30,427 nucleotides of DNA from a virus (taxonomy: Duplodnaviria > Caudoviricetes): positions 1-30,427 of the IMG/VR virus record IMGVR_UViG_3300050158_000034; one strand, written 5' to 3'. Within the stretch, counting starts at the first letter, position 1. Each line of letters starts with the position of its first letter. Positions 15,753 through 24,486 of this stretch are shown here, in pieces. Under the pieces are notes generated by a model, which was not told the DNA's origin, did no database searches, and saw nothing but the letters and a program-made list of their open reading frames with translations. The translations under genes and the position numbers were made by a program.

Positions 15753-16693
15753 TGAGCTACACAGAACAGGACCAGTTGAAGGCGCAGGCCATCGACAAGT
15801 GGCTGAAGGCCAATGAGCAGCCGCGTGCGTGGCTGGCCAAGAAGATGGGCGTGGCCAGCAGCACGCTGGGCCAGGTCATCAATGGCAAATACCCCAGCAC
15901 CCCGACCGAGATGCTGGACCGCATGCAATCAGTGATTGCGGTTGAGATGGAGCGTATGGGCGACGGCACGCCTGGCTATGTGGAGGGCAGCGTGCACAAG
16001 CTGGTGTTTGTGGTGTGTGACCGCACTCGCAAGCATGCCAACTTTGGCGTGGTGGTGGGCAATGTGGGTGTGGGCAAGACGCGCACCCTCAAGGAATACA
16101 AGGCCCGCAAGCACCAGACCCTGCTGGTTGAGGCGAACCCGAACATGACGCCGGGATCGCTGCTGATTGAGCTGCTGGAACAGATTGGGGCCTCGGTGCC
16201 GCCCGGCCTGGACCGCAAGTTCCAGGCGATTGTGAAGGCGCTGGCTGGCACGAACCACATGCTGATTGTGGATGAGGCCGAGACCCTGGGCGCCCAGGCG
16301 CTGCACTACCTGCGCCGCATTCGGGATAAGGCCGGGGTGGGTGTGGTGCTGGCGGGCACGCCGCGGCTGCATGCGCTGATCAAGCCTGAGCATGGGCAGT
16401 TTGACCAGATCCGATCACGGGTGAGCATGTGGCCGGAGACGATCAAGGGCATCAGCCGCGATGACTGCGATGACATTGCCCGGGCGGCCCTGAACGATGT
16501 GGGCGGCGATGTGCCCGACGACGTGCTGGAGGCGCTGTGGGACTACAGCGTGGGCAGCGCCCGCGTGCTGGTGGAGAGCCTGGTGCCCAGTGTGAAGGAG
16601 TACATGGGGCGCAACCCGCTGAGCGTGGCCCTGGTTGAGAAGGTGGCCAAGGTGGTGCTGAACCGCCACAGCAGGACCGGGGGTGCCGCATGA
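15752..16693 (+). CDS. MuB-like AAA ATPase with N-terminal HTH
   Basis: Walker A GNVGVGKT, Walker B LIVDEAE, Q..SRV arginine finger. TGATG-coupled to the transposase. Confidence 0.93.
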   Translation: MSYTEQDQLKAQAIDKWLKANEQPRAWLAKKMGVASSTLGQVINGKYPSTPTEMLDRMQSVIAVEMERMGDGTPGYVEGSVHKLVFVVCDRTRKHANFGVVVGNVGVGKTRTLKEYKARKHQTLLVEANPNMTPGSLLIELLEQIGASVPPGLDRKFQAIVKALAGTNHMLIVDEAETLGAQALHYLRRIRDKAGVGVVLAGTPRLHALIKPEHGQFDQIRSRVSMWPETIKGISRDDCDDIARAALNDVGGDVPDDVLEALWDYSVGSARVLVESLVPSVKEYMGRNPLSVALVEKVAKVVLNRHSRTGGAA

Positions 16694-16959
16694 CCCGCCT
16701 GATCTTGACATTGGATGCGTGGCTGGCCGAAGTGGCGCGCTACCTGGGTGTGCAGGCCCAAGAGGGCTGGGCGGTGATGGTGGTGGTGATGAAGATCGCG
16801 CGCACATCGAAGCAGCTGGCCAAGCTGTATGGCTACATCGACCACGAGGCTGAGCAGCATGACCAGCAGATGGCTTACCTGCGTGCCGAGCTGGACCAGT
16901 GCCGCCGCAGGCTCTACCAACAGCAGCACGAGCTGCAGCAGTTGCGTGAGGCCGCGTGA
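16690..16959 (+). CDS. Hypothetical coiled-coil protein
   Basis: ATGA coupling; Q-rich helix. Confidence 0.7.
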   Translation: MTRLILTLDAWLAEVARYLGVQAQEGWAVMVVVMKIARTSKQLAKLYGYIDHEAEQHDQQMAYLRAELDQCRRRLYQQQHELQQLREAA

Positions 16960-17249
16960 TGGACGCCCCGCAACTGCTCAACCAGGCGCAGACCCAGGGC
17001 TACCTGGCCACGGGTGAGCGCCCCCAGTGCAGCAACTGCTGGGTGTGCAAGCCCAAGGCCTACGGCCGCATGGCGGGCGGCACGCCGATTGACGGCTGCA
17101 AGCACGGCAAGTTCCCGGTGGCGCTGGATGGCTGGTGCCCGCTGTGGTTCCCAACCGATGGCTGGATCAGGGCTCACCCGCGCGTGGCGGCGAAGTTGGG
17201 CATGAACCTGGTCATGGATTCAACCGTTTCAACGATGAGGACAGAGTGA
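16959..17249 (+). CDS. Small Cys-rich protein (HiPIP-like Cys pattern)
   Basis: CSNC...C...F.V...GWC..W. TGATG coupling at both ends. Confidence 0.7.
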   Translation: MDAPQLLNQAQTQGYLATGERPQCSNCWVCKPKAYGRMAGGTPIDGCKHGKFPVALDGWCPLWFPTDGWIRAHPRVAAKLGMNLVMDSTVSTMRTE

Positions 17250-17887
17250 TGAGCGACAACGAGCAAACCCAACCCCCCGTGCCCAAGGGCTACTGGGCCG
17301 ATGCCAAGGGCAGCCTGACGCCTGAGAGCCGCATTGCCGATGTGGACAAGGCCCGCGACAAGCTGGTCAAGCAGCTGTGCGCCAAGGCGAAGGAGCACAG
17401 CGGCATTTTGGCGGACATGAAGGCGCAGGCCTCGGCCGACATTGATGCGTTCATTGCGGCGTGCGCTGAGCAGTACGACGTGAAGCTGCGCGGTGCGGCT
17501 GGCAAGGGCAACTTGTCGCTGACGACCTATGACGGCAAGTTCAAGGTGCTGCGTGCGGTGTCTGACAACGTGGCCTTTGACGAGCGACTGCAGATTGCCA
17601 AGAACCTGATCGATGGGTGCATCCACGTGTGGGCCAAGGGTGCCAATAAAAACTTGCAGGCGATCGTGAACCAGGCCTTTGACACGGACAAGGAAGGCAA
17701 AGTGAACGTGGGCCGCGTGCTGGCCTTGCGCCGCCTGAAGATCGACGACGAGAACTGGGGAAAGGCGATGACGCTGATTGCGGACGCGATGAAGGTGGTG
17801 TCGAGCAAGAGCTACCTGCGGTTCTATGAGCGCGACGACGTGAGCGGGGAGTACTTGCCCATCCAGCTTGACATTGCGGGGGTGTGA
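17249..17887 (+). CDS. DUF3164 family protein
   Basis: GYW.DAKG.L.P, KGN.SL..YDG, FDERLQ.AK.LID and SKSY.RFYER motifs. Confidence 0.88.
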   Translation: MSDNEQTQPPVPKGYWADAKGSLTPESRIADVDKARDKLVKQLCAKAKEHSGILADMKAQASADIDAFIAACAEQYDVKLRGAAGKGNLSLTTYDGKFKVLRAVSDNVAFDERLQIAKNLIDGCIHVWAKGANKNLQAIVNQAFDTDKEGKVNVGRVLALRRLKIDDENWGKAMTLIADAMKVVSSKSYLRFYERDDVSGEYLPIQLDIAGV

Positions 17888-17888
17888 G

Positions 17889-18167
17889 ATGGCCCGCGCA
17901 CTGAAGCCCCTGAAGACGATGGCGGCGCCCAGAGAGGTGCTGGTTGACATGAACTTGCGCGGCTCGTGGCGCTCGCTGGGTTGCTATGACCTGGACGACT
18001 GCGACATCGATGTTGTGCTGGATGCGGCCGAGGCGCTGGTGCTCAATCACAAGGGTGCGGCCGGCATTGGCAAGCTGCGCATCACGACAGCCTGCGGGCT
18101 GAAGTTGCCCCTGATGTATTGGAGCGAAGCCACGGGCTGGGAGGACTCGCGCCATGTTGCTCGGTGA
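17889..18167 (+). CDS. Hypothetical phage protein
   Basis: N.RGSWR.L and W....GW motifs; in operon order. Confidence 0.7.
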   Translation: MARALKPLKTMAAPREVLVDMNLRGSWRSLGCYDLDDCDIDVVLDAAEALVLNHKGAAGIGKLRITTACGLKLPLMYWSEATGWEDSRHVAR

Positions 18168-18342
18168 CCGGCCTGTGTTGCCACTCAAGCCCTACCAGTG
18201 CCCCATCTGCCTGAGCGGCCGTGTGGCGGCTGATGAGACGGCCTGCCATGCGTGCCAGGACGTGTTCAGGCTGGTGGATGAACAAACCCCTGACCTGGGC
18301 CGCAGCGCCCCACGTGTGGCCGTTGGCCCGATGGACGTGTGA
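18154..18342 (+). CDS. Small zinc-ribbon protein
   Basis: CPIC-x9-CHAC; GGAGG RBS. Confidence 0.6.
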   Translation: MLLGDRPVLPLKPYQCPICLSGRVAADETACHACQDVFRLVDEQTPDLGRSAPRVAVGPMDV

Positions 18343-18533
18343 TGGAGGCCGCCGTGACCATGGAAGCGTTCTGGATTCGCTGGGCAGTGACGCTGCTGGC
18401 TGTGTTGGCCGCAGGCATTGGCTGTGTGTTGACCGATGACACGTTTACGCGCTTGGCCATGGTGGGCGGCGCCATTGGGGTGCATGTGGTGTTGCGCGAC
18501 CTGGAGCGCCACCCCCGCAAAGAGTCTCCCTGA
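18342..18533 (+). CDS. Small two-TM membrane protein
   Basis: Two hydrophobic helices; TGATG coupling. Confidence 0.6.
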   Translation: MEAAVTMEAFWIRWAVTLLAVLAAGIGCVLTDDTFTRLAMVGGAIGVHVVLRDLERHPRKESP

Positions 18534-18551
18534 TCGGGCTTGCCCGATTTT

Positions 18552-18581
18552 CCCCTGGTGCATTTGGCCAGGGGGTTTTTT
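18552..18581 (+). terminator. Intrinsic terminator inside the early operon
   Basis: CCCCTGG/CCAGGGG stem followed by GTTTTTT. Confidence 0.6.
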
Positions 18582-18626
18582 CAAGCAGCTGGGTGGCTGT
18601 TTGAACAAACCAGAAGGAGAGTGGCC

Positions 18627-19031
18627 ATGGCCATTGTTTACAGCACCAGCATGCGCAAGCTGCCTGCGCAAGTGCTGGCGCATTTGTCGAAGTTCAGAGC
18701 GGGCGAGGTGTTCACCAGCGTGGACCTGGCGCAAGCCTTGGGTGTTGAGCCGCACAACATTTTGTCGAGCATGCGGGTGGCTGTGCACCGGCGCATTGTC
18801 GACATCAGCGTCGTGGACCGCTTGAGCCGCATTGAGTTGTGCAGAGGCTTTGAGGTGCGCGCCAATGGGGCGTGGCTGGATGTGTTGGACGACGAGGACA
18901 CCGATTGCGTGCCGTTGGAAGAAGTGGACTTTGAAGCACCCTTCGACCGGCGCTGGGTGCGGGCCGTAGATGTGCCGCCGCTGCCGATCACGGGGCCGAT
19001 CAGTGTGTTTCACCTTTGGGGGCAGCCATGA
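18627..19031 (+). CDS. Hypothetical protein with winged-HTH-like N-terminus
   Basis: AAGGAG RBS; FTSVDLAQALGV helix. Confidence 0.7.
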   Translation: MAIVYSTSMRKLPAQVLAHLSKFRAGEVFTSVDLAQALGVEPHNILSSMRVAVHRRIVDISVVDRLSRIELCRGFEVRANGAWLDVLDDEDTDCVPLEEVDFEAPFDRRWVRAVDVPPLPITGPISVFHLWGQP

Positions 19032-19543
19032 ACCAAAAGTTCAAGAGAGTCATTGGCCCGAAGGGTGTGGTGGTGCATGGGCGCAGGCTCGATTGCGCAG
19101 AGATGATCATGCGGGTCGGCGAGACCGTGACCTTGGAGCCGATGGACCCCCCGGTCTTTGGTGAGCTGCGGGCTTACTTCAAAGACGGAAAGCAAGCTAT
19201 TGCCGTGATGGTTGAGATAGCTGATTGGCTGCCCAAAGAAAAGGGCAAAGCTGAGGTGGCGTGGCGCAAGCTGCAGCAGCAGCGGCGACAAAACACTGCG
19301 TATAGGGATGCGTTGAAGACGCAATACCCCATGTACCGCGTGAGCCAATGGATTGACACCAGCCCCGAGGCCATGGAGCTGGAGCAGGCGCGGATTGTTT
19401 ACGGTGTGCAGACCAAGCGCGGAAAAGACTGCAAGTGGATGCACGTTGCCCAAGGCAACAAGGCCATGTTGTTTGACTCGGCAGACAAAGCCTCGGCTGC
19501 ATGCGAGCAGCTGCGCCAGGCCGCTGCAGGGAGTACGCAATGA
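19028..19543 (+). CDS. Hypothetical protein
   Basis: ATGA coupling at both ends. Confidence 0.7.
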   Translation: MNQKFKRVIGPKGVVVHGRRLDCAEMIMRVGETVTLEPMDPPVFGELRAYFKDGKQAIAVMVEIADWLPKEKGKAEVAWRKLQQQRRQNTAYRDALKTQYPMYRVSQWIDTSPEAMELEQARIVYGVQTKRGKDCKWMHVAQGNKAMLFDSADKASAACEQLRQAAAGSTQ

Positions 19544-19809
19544 ACCCCATTCAGCACAAGACCAGCAATGACGTGCTTGGTGCGCCACCGGGTATGTCGC
19601 GCGACCAGTGCAAGCCGCTGTATGTGACCCGCGTGTTTTATGACCAGCGCGGCTTGGGGGATCAGTCGATCCCGGGCGTGATCAGCTATTGGCAGCCCAC
19701 GCCCGAGCAGCTGGCATTGCTCAACCAGGGCGCGCCCGTGTTCCTGTCGTGCCTGGGCGCAACCCACCCGCCTGTGTCGATCGGCGTCGAGGGCGACGGC
19801 CGGCTTTGA
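19540..19809 (+). CDS. Conserved-looking hypothetical phage protein (MNPIQH...HPPVSIGV)
   Basis: GGGAG RBS; SYWQPTPEQLALLNQG..V.L...G..HPP motif. Confidence 0.75.
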   Translation: MNPIQHKTSNDVLGAPPGMSRDQCKPLYVTRVFYDQRGLGDQSIPGVISYWQPTPEQLALLNQGAPVFLSCLGATHPPVSIGVEGDGRL

Positions 19810-19830
19810 GCTAACCAGCAAAGGACTGAC

Positions 19831-20334
19831 ATGACCACATCAAGCAATGCCGAGCAGCTCAAGCGCAAAGAGATTGCCCTGATCCAGATGGGGCGCGCCT
19901 TCTTGGGCCAGGACGATGACACCTACCGGGCCATGCTGGCCGCCAAGTGCAGCGGCAAGACCAGCAGCACACAGCTGACCTGGCAAGAGCGCAAGGCCGT
20001 GATTGAGCACTACAAGGCCTGTGGCTTTGTGGTGAAGGCCAAGGCCGGTCGGCCCACCCTTGGGCGTGCTGAGAGCCAGATGGCCAAGTTGCGGGCCATG
20101 TGGCACAGCCTGGCTGAGGTGGGCGCGGTTGAGCAGCGCGCCGACCTGGTCGAGGTTGACCAGGCCATTGAGGCCTGGGCCAAGCACATGCTGCAGGGCA
20201 GCTACCCGGGGGCGCTGCGCTTTGCGAATGGGCACCAGATGACGCGGTTGATTGAGGCCATGAAGCGCTGGTGTGCCCGTGTGGGCGCGGCCGGCCAGGA
20301 TGAGCAGGCCGACCCGCGCGACGTGAAAGCCTGA
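19831..20334 (+). CDS. gemA: GemA / Mu gp16 (DUF1018) regulatory protein
   Basis: DDDTYRAML....GK.SS..L, KLRAMW and LIEAMKRW motifs. Confidence 0.88.
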   Translation: MTTSSNAEQLKRKEIALIQMGRAFLGQDDDTYRAMLAAKCSGKTSSTQLTWQERKAVIEHYKACGFVVKAKAGRPTLGRAESQMAKLRAMWHSLAEVGAVEQRADLVEVDQAIEAWAKHMLQGSYPGALRFANGHQMTRLIEAMKRWCARVGAAGQDEQADPRDVKA

Positions 20335-20337
20335 GCC

Positions 20338-20838
20338 ATGCGCGCCGCCAAGCCAGACCTGACCGCCATCAACCCATTGAACTTGCCGCCCCAGCTGCGC
20401 AAGCTGATGCGTGTGCTGGGCGAGGCGGCGGCCTACAAGCTGGTGGAGCAGCGCGGCGGCTCGTATGTGATCGTGCCCAAGCGCTTTGTGGCTGAGCATG
20501 ACTTGCATGAGGTCTTGGGCACGCAGGCGTTCATGGCGCTGATTGAGGCGTGTGGCAGCGAGACGCTGCAGCTGCCCAAGTACGACTCGGTGTTGCGCCA
20601 GGTACGCCACCAGCGCGTGATGGAGTTGCTGGGCAAGGGCTACCTGTTGCGCGAGGTGGCGCTGAAGGTGAACTACACGGTGCGCCAGGTGATCAACATC
20701 AAGCAGGCGCATGAGCCGCGTGATGACCAGCTGGGGCTGTGGGACTTGTTCCCACCTGGTGGGGTTGTGGAGGTGATTGAGGACGAGCCCGCCACCGAAG
20801 CGAAGCTGCCGACTGCGCACAACCCGTTCGGTTTGTGA
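20338..20838 (+). CDS. mor: Mor/C family late transcription activator
   Basis: LP..L..L..V.G......L....GG....VP motif and C-terminal HTH; follows gemA. Confidence 0.85.
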   Translation: MRAAKPDLTAINPLNLPPQLRKLMRVLGEAAAYKLVEQRGGSYVIVPKRFVAEHDLHEVLGTQAFMALIEACGSETLQLPKYDSVLRQVRHQRVMELLGKGYLLREVALKVNYTVRQVINIKQAHEPRDDQLGLWDLFPPGGVVEVIEDEPATEAKLPTAHNPFGL

Positions 20839-20859
20839 ACTCCGTCACACAAACCGATA

Positions 20860-20990
20860 GCCCCCAGATCGCTATAAACCAGCTATAAAAACGCCGATCG
20901 ACCCCGTGCCTATACCAGCGGGGCTTGACGGCCTTTAGCGCGCCACAGGGCCTTTAAATGGCTCGGCCTGATTTGCCCTGTTCACAGCCC
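20860..20990. other. Candidate strong gyrase site (SGS) region
   Basis: Non-coding gap upstream of the protease gene (the Mu SGS position), with tandem GCTATAAA at 20871 and 20882. Confidence 0.4.
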
Positions 20991-21019
20991 TTTGCGGCGC
21001 CCCGCCCAGCCTTGGGCTT

Positions 21020-21063
21020 GTGAACTGTTTCACCAAGACGTCGGGATGACGTCTGGGCAAAGT
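21020..21063 (+). promoter_or_regulatory. Late promoter (rightward) with Mor/C-type dyad
   Basis: GTGAACTGTTTCACCAAG-N20-CAAAGT, then 6 nt to the ATG at 21070. Confidence 0.7.
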
Positions 21064-21069
21064 AGCGGC

Positions 21070-22284
21070 ATGACGACCGCTGCGACACACCACCCCAAAA
21101 CCGCCATTGCCTCGACCATTGCCGACTTCAAAGGTCTGGCTGATTGGATCGAGGTGTTCCGTGCTGGCACTCATGTTGACAGCAAGGGCGTTGAGCGTAC
21201 GTTCAGCCAGGCTGACCTTGATCAGATGGCGGCCAACCAGGCCGTTGCCGCCGCACCTGCGGTGCTGGGCCACCCCAAACACAACGACCCCGCGTATGCC
21301 TGGACCGAGTCGGTCAAGCGCGAGGGTGATTCGCTGTTTGTGAAGTTCCGCGATATCAACCCCGACTTTGAGCGCGCGGTTGAGCAGAAGGCTTACACGA
21401 ACCGCTCGTTGAGCGTGATGCAGGACAAGCTGCACGGCTGGCGCATTCGCCACGTGGGTTGGCTGGGCGCTGTGGCGCCTGCGCTGGATGGCCTCAAGCC
21501 GGTGGAGTTTGCAGACGCCGATGCGGACGTGATCGAGTTCATGGGTGATGACGACGCGGTGCGCTCGCTGATCTGGGCGACGCAGGGCGTGGCCAGCTTG
21601 TTCCGAGGCTTTCGGGAATACCTGATTGAGCAAAGCGGCGTGGAGGTGGCTGACCGGGTTGTGCCTGGTTGGCAGATCGACAGCCTGACATCAAGCGCGG
21701 AGCGCGCCACAGCGGCCATGGACGCTGACACAGATGACCAACCGGCCTACCAGGCCCCAACCCCCAACGGAGGCCAGATGGCAACCCAAGAAGAGCTGGA
21801 CAAGATCAAGGCAGATGCCAAGGCTGAGGCCGAGGCGGCTGCTGCCGCAAAGTTTGCCGCGCAAGGCGCTGAGCTGGGCGAGCTGCGCCAGCAGCGCAAG
21901 GACGAGCGCATCGGCACGCAGATCAACGCCTGGAAGGCTGCTGGCCTTGTGACGCCAGCCGAAGAGCCTGGCCTGCGTGAGTTCATGGGCGTGCTGGAAG
22001 ACGCGGCCGTGGAGCTGACCTTCTCGGCCGGTGAGGGCCAGGGTGCCACCGAAGTGAAGAAGGCGCCCAAGGACTGGTTTGCCCACTTCATGGCCACGCG
22101 CAAGCCGCTGGTGCGCCTGGGCAAAGACGGCCGCATGGATGAGGTCGTTGACGACCAGACCAGCGATGACCCAGTTGTTGTGGCTGCCAAGGCGCAGAAC
22201 TACATGGCTGAGCAGGCGAAGGCGGGCATCACGGTGTCGCTGCCCGAGGCGGTGGCGATGTTCAGCAAGAAGACCACGGCCTGA
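21070..22284 (+). CDS. Prohead protease/scaffold (Mu I-like)
   Basis: WIEVFRAGTH, AP.VLGHP, PAYAW, RS.S and HVGWLGA..PA..GL motifs. Confidence 0.9.
   Translation: MTTAATHHPKTAIASTIADFKGLADWIEVFRAGTHVDSKGVERTFSQADLDQMAANQAVAAAPAVLGHPKHNDPAYAWTESVKREGDSLFVKFRDINPDFERAVEQKAYTNRSLSVMQDKLHGWRIRHVGWLGAVAPALDGLKPVEFADADADVIEFMGDDDAVRSLIWATQGVASLFRGFREYLIEQSGVEVADRVVPGWQIDSLTSSAERATAAMDADTDDQPAYQAPTPNGGQMATQEELDKIKADAKAEAEAAAAAKFAAQGAELGELRQQRKDERIGTQINAWKAAGLVTPAEEPGLREFMGVLEDAAVELTFSAGEGQGATEVKKAPKDWFAHFMATRKPLVRLGKDGRMDEVVDDQTSDDPVVVAAKAQNYMAEQAKAGITVSLPEAVAMFSKKTTA
21778..22284 (+). CDS. Putative in-frame internal-start scaffold protein (Mu Z-like)
   Basis: GGAGG 4 nt before the in-frame ATG at 21778, after a Pro/Asp linker and before a helical region. 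Confidence 0.65.
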   Translation: MATQEELDKIKADAKAEAEAAAAAKFAAQGAELGELRQQRKDERIGTQINAWKAAGLVTPAEEPGLREFMGVLEDAAVELTFSAGEGQGATEVKKAPKDWFAHFMATRKPLVRLGKDGRMDEVVDDQTSDDPVVVAAKAQNYMAEQAKAGITVSLPEAVAMFSKKTTA

Positions 22285-22366
22285 CGCCTGCCTCAACGCC
22301 GCATTCAGCCCCCCCGCATTCAACCCACCTTCAAACCGGCTTCATAGCCCTTTTCAGGAGCCTTTC

Positions 22367-22747
22367 ATGGCCAGTCAAGACCTTCTTCGCAGCTTTGTTG
22401 CCGACGCGGCCATCGTGGCCTTCAGCCTGGTGAAGCTGGGCAGCGATGCCAAGCACGTGGTGACCGCAGCCGGCCCCACCGACAACGTGATCGGCATCTA
22501 TTCGAACCCGGTGGACTGCGCGGCCAATGACCGCGTGGACATCACCTTGTCGGGCATTGACCGCTGCCGCGCGGGCGCGGCGTTCACCTTTGGTGTGCCG
22601 CTGACCTCTGATGCCAGCGGCCGCGTGGTGGCTGCGGCCCCGGCTGCGGGTGTGAACAACCGGCTGATTGGCATGGCCTTTCAAGACTCCACGGCTGCGG
22701 GTGACCAGGTCGAGGTGCTGATCAGCCAGGGCGCGATGCAGGGCTAA
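22367..22747 (+). CDS. Capsid cement/decoration protein (DUF2190-like)
   Basis: AGGAG RBS; G..LTSDASGR.V.A and IG.A.....AGD...V motifs. Confidence 0.82.
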   Translation: MASQDLLRSFVADAAIVAFSLVKLGSDAKHVVTAAGPTDNVIGIYSNPVDCAANDRVDITLSGIDRCRAGAAFTFGVPLTSDASGRVVAAAPAAGVNNRLIGMAFQDSTAAGDQVEVLISQGAMQG

Positions 22748-22819
22748 GCCGCTGCCGGATTGCCCATGCCCTGGGCGCCATCAACGAACGCATTTTTCAA
22801 CGGATAACCGGAGCTGCTT

Positions 22820-23773
22820 ATGAGCGCGAACGCCTTCCCCATCAACCCGGAGTTGACCTCCATTGCCATGGCCTACCGCAACCCTGCGGTGGCCCTGATT
22901 GCCGACAAGGTGCTGCCCCGCGTGCCGGTGGCCAAGCAGTTCAAGTACACGGTGTACAGCGCTGAGCAGGGCTACACGCTGCCGGACACCAAGGTGGGCC
23001 GCAAGTCGCAGCCCAATGAGGTGGAGTTCTTCGGCACGCTGGTGCAGGGCGAGACCTTGGACTGGGGCCTGGATGACATCGTGCCCATTGACGACATTCA
23101 AGCGTGGGAAAAGATGCTCAAGCCGGCCTCGGGTGGCCCGATGAACCCGCTGGCGATCTCGACCATGTTCCTGGAAGGTTTGATCCAGCTGGACCGCGAA
23201 GTGCGTGTGGCCAACCTGGTGTTCAACTCGGCGACCTACCCGGCCGCCAATGTGACCACGTTGAGCGGCACGAGCAAGTGGAGTGACTTCGTGAACAGCA
23301 ACCCGCTGCTGGACATCATGACGGCGCTGGACAAGCCGCTGCAGCGCCCCCGCCAGGTGGTGTTTGGCCAGCAGGTGTGGACGACCATTCGCCAGAACCC
23401 CAAGTTTGTGCAGGCCGTGTATGGCACCGCGCAGACCTATGGCGTGGTCGACAAGAAGGCCCTGGCCGACAAGCTGGAAGTGGAAGAAGTGATTGTGGGC
23501 GCCGGCTGGGTGAACACGGCACGCAAGGGCCAAGCGCCGAACTACCAGCGTGTGTGGGGCAACTCGACTGCCCTGCTCTACAACGACCCGATGGCCGCGC
23601 AGGCCCTGCAGCCCACCTTCGGCTTTACCGGCCAGTTTGGCAACAAGGTGGCGGGCACTTTGCCCGAGCCCAAGATGGGCCTGAGCGGCTCTGAGCGTGT
23701 GCGTGTGGGCGAGAAGGTGATTGAAGTGGTGGCGGCTGGTGCGCTGGGCGCCCTGTTCCAGAACTGCGTTTGA
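22820..23773 (+). CDS. Major capsid protein
   Basis: P.LT.IA.AYRN...IAD.VLP.VPV, RE.RVA and KWSD...SNP motifs; size and position fit. Confidence 0.9.
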   Translation: MSANAFPINPELTSIAMAYRNPAVALIADKVLPRVPVAKQFKYTVYSAEQGYTLPDTKVGRKSQPNEVEFFGTLVQGETLDWGLDDIVPIDDIQAWEKMLKPASGGPMNPLAISTMFLEGLIQLDREVRVANLVFNSATYPAANVTTLSGTSKWSDFVNSNPLLDIMTALDKPLQRPRQVVFGQQVWTTIRQNPKFVQAVYGTAQTYGVVDKKALADKLEVEEVIVGAGWVNTARKGQAPNYQRVWGNSTALLYNDPMAAQALQPTFGFTGQFGNKVAGTLPEPKMGLSGSERVRVGEKVIEVVAAGALGALFQNCV

Positions 23774-23853
23774 CGCGGCCCTGAGCCCGCTGTGAGCCCC
23801 GGGGGCTGGGCCCCCGACCTGGTTGAGCAAATTTACCCTTTTGGAGAGTTGCC

Positions 23854-24459
23854 ATGATTGATGTTGAGATTGAGTACACGACGAACGTGCAGGTGTCGCG
23901 CAACGGCCAGACGTATGGCCCCGACCAGCCGATCTTGCTGGACCCCGCTGCCGCCAAGGAGCTGAAGGGCCTGGGTGCTGTGCGTGATGCGGGCACCACG
24001 CTGCCCGCCGTGGTGGTTACGGGCGACAACGGCACCGTTGTGGCCGAGCTGCAGGCCAAGCTGGGTGATGCGCTGGGCAATGTGGCGTTCTACCAGGCCA
24101 AGCTGGAATCGGCTGAGGCCGAGAAGGTAGACCTGCAGGGCCAGCTGGGCACGGCGCAAGACGCGCTGGCTACGCTGCAGCTGCAGTTTGCAAGCCTGCA
24201 AGCGGGTAACGCCGAGCAGCTGGCCAAGCTGCTGACGCTGCAGACCGACAACGGCGACTTGCAAGCCAAGCTGGATAAGGCCACGGCTGACCTGGCTGCT
24301 GCGCAAGCCACGGCTGCTGCGACCACCACGGCCCCTGCTGCTGATGCCTCGGCCACCACCGGCATGGCTGATGCTGCTGGCACCGGCACCGCTGATGCCT
24401 CAGCCAGCGCTGATGCCGCTGCCGCCAAGGCTGGCACCACAAAGGCCGCAGCCAAGTAA
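23854..24459 (+). CDS. Head-region protein: short N-terminal domain, coiled coil, Ala/Thr-rich tail
   Basis: GGAG RBS; lies between the capsid gene and DUF1320 (Mu gp35 position). Confidence 0.78.
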   Translation: MIDVEIEYTTNVQVSRNGQTYGPDQPILLDPAAAKELKGLGAVRDAGTTLPAVVVTGDNGTVVAELQAKLGDALGNVAFYQAKLESAEAEKVDLQGQLGTAQDALATLQLQFASLQAGNAEQLAKLLTLQTDNGDLQAKLDKATADLAAAQATAAATTTAPAADASATTGMADAAGTGTADASASADAAAAKAGTTKAAAK

Positions 24460-24486
24460 GCGGCTGACTGATCAGGACGCCCCGCC

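Noticed and set aside
22285-22366. CCGCATTCA direct repeat in a C-rich spacer
   Set aside because: Only two 9-bp copies; may just be an unstructured leader for a highly translated gene.
24280-24459. GCTGATGC-type short repeats
   Set aside because: Explained by Ala/Asp/Thr low-complexity coding; not a CRISPR array or DGR repeat.
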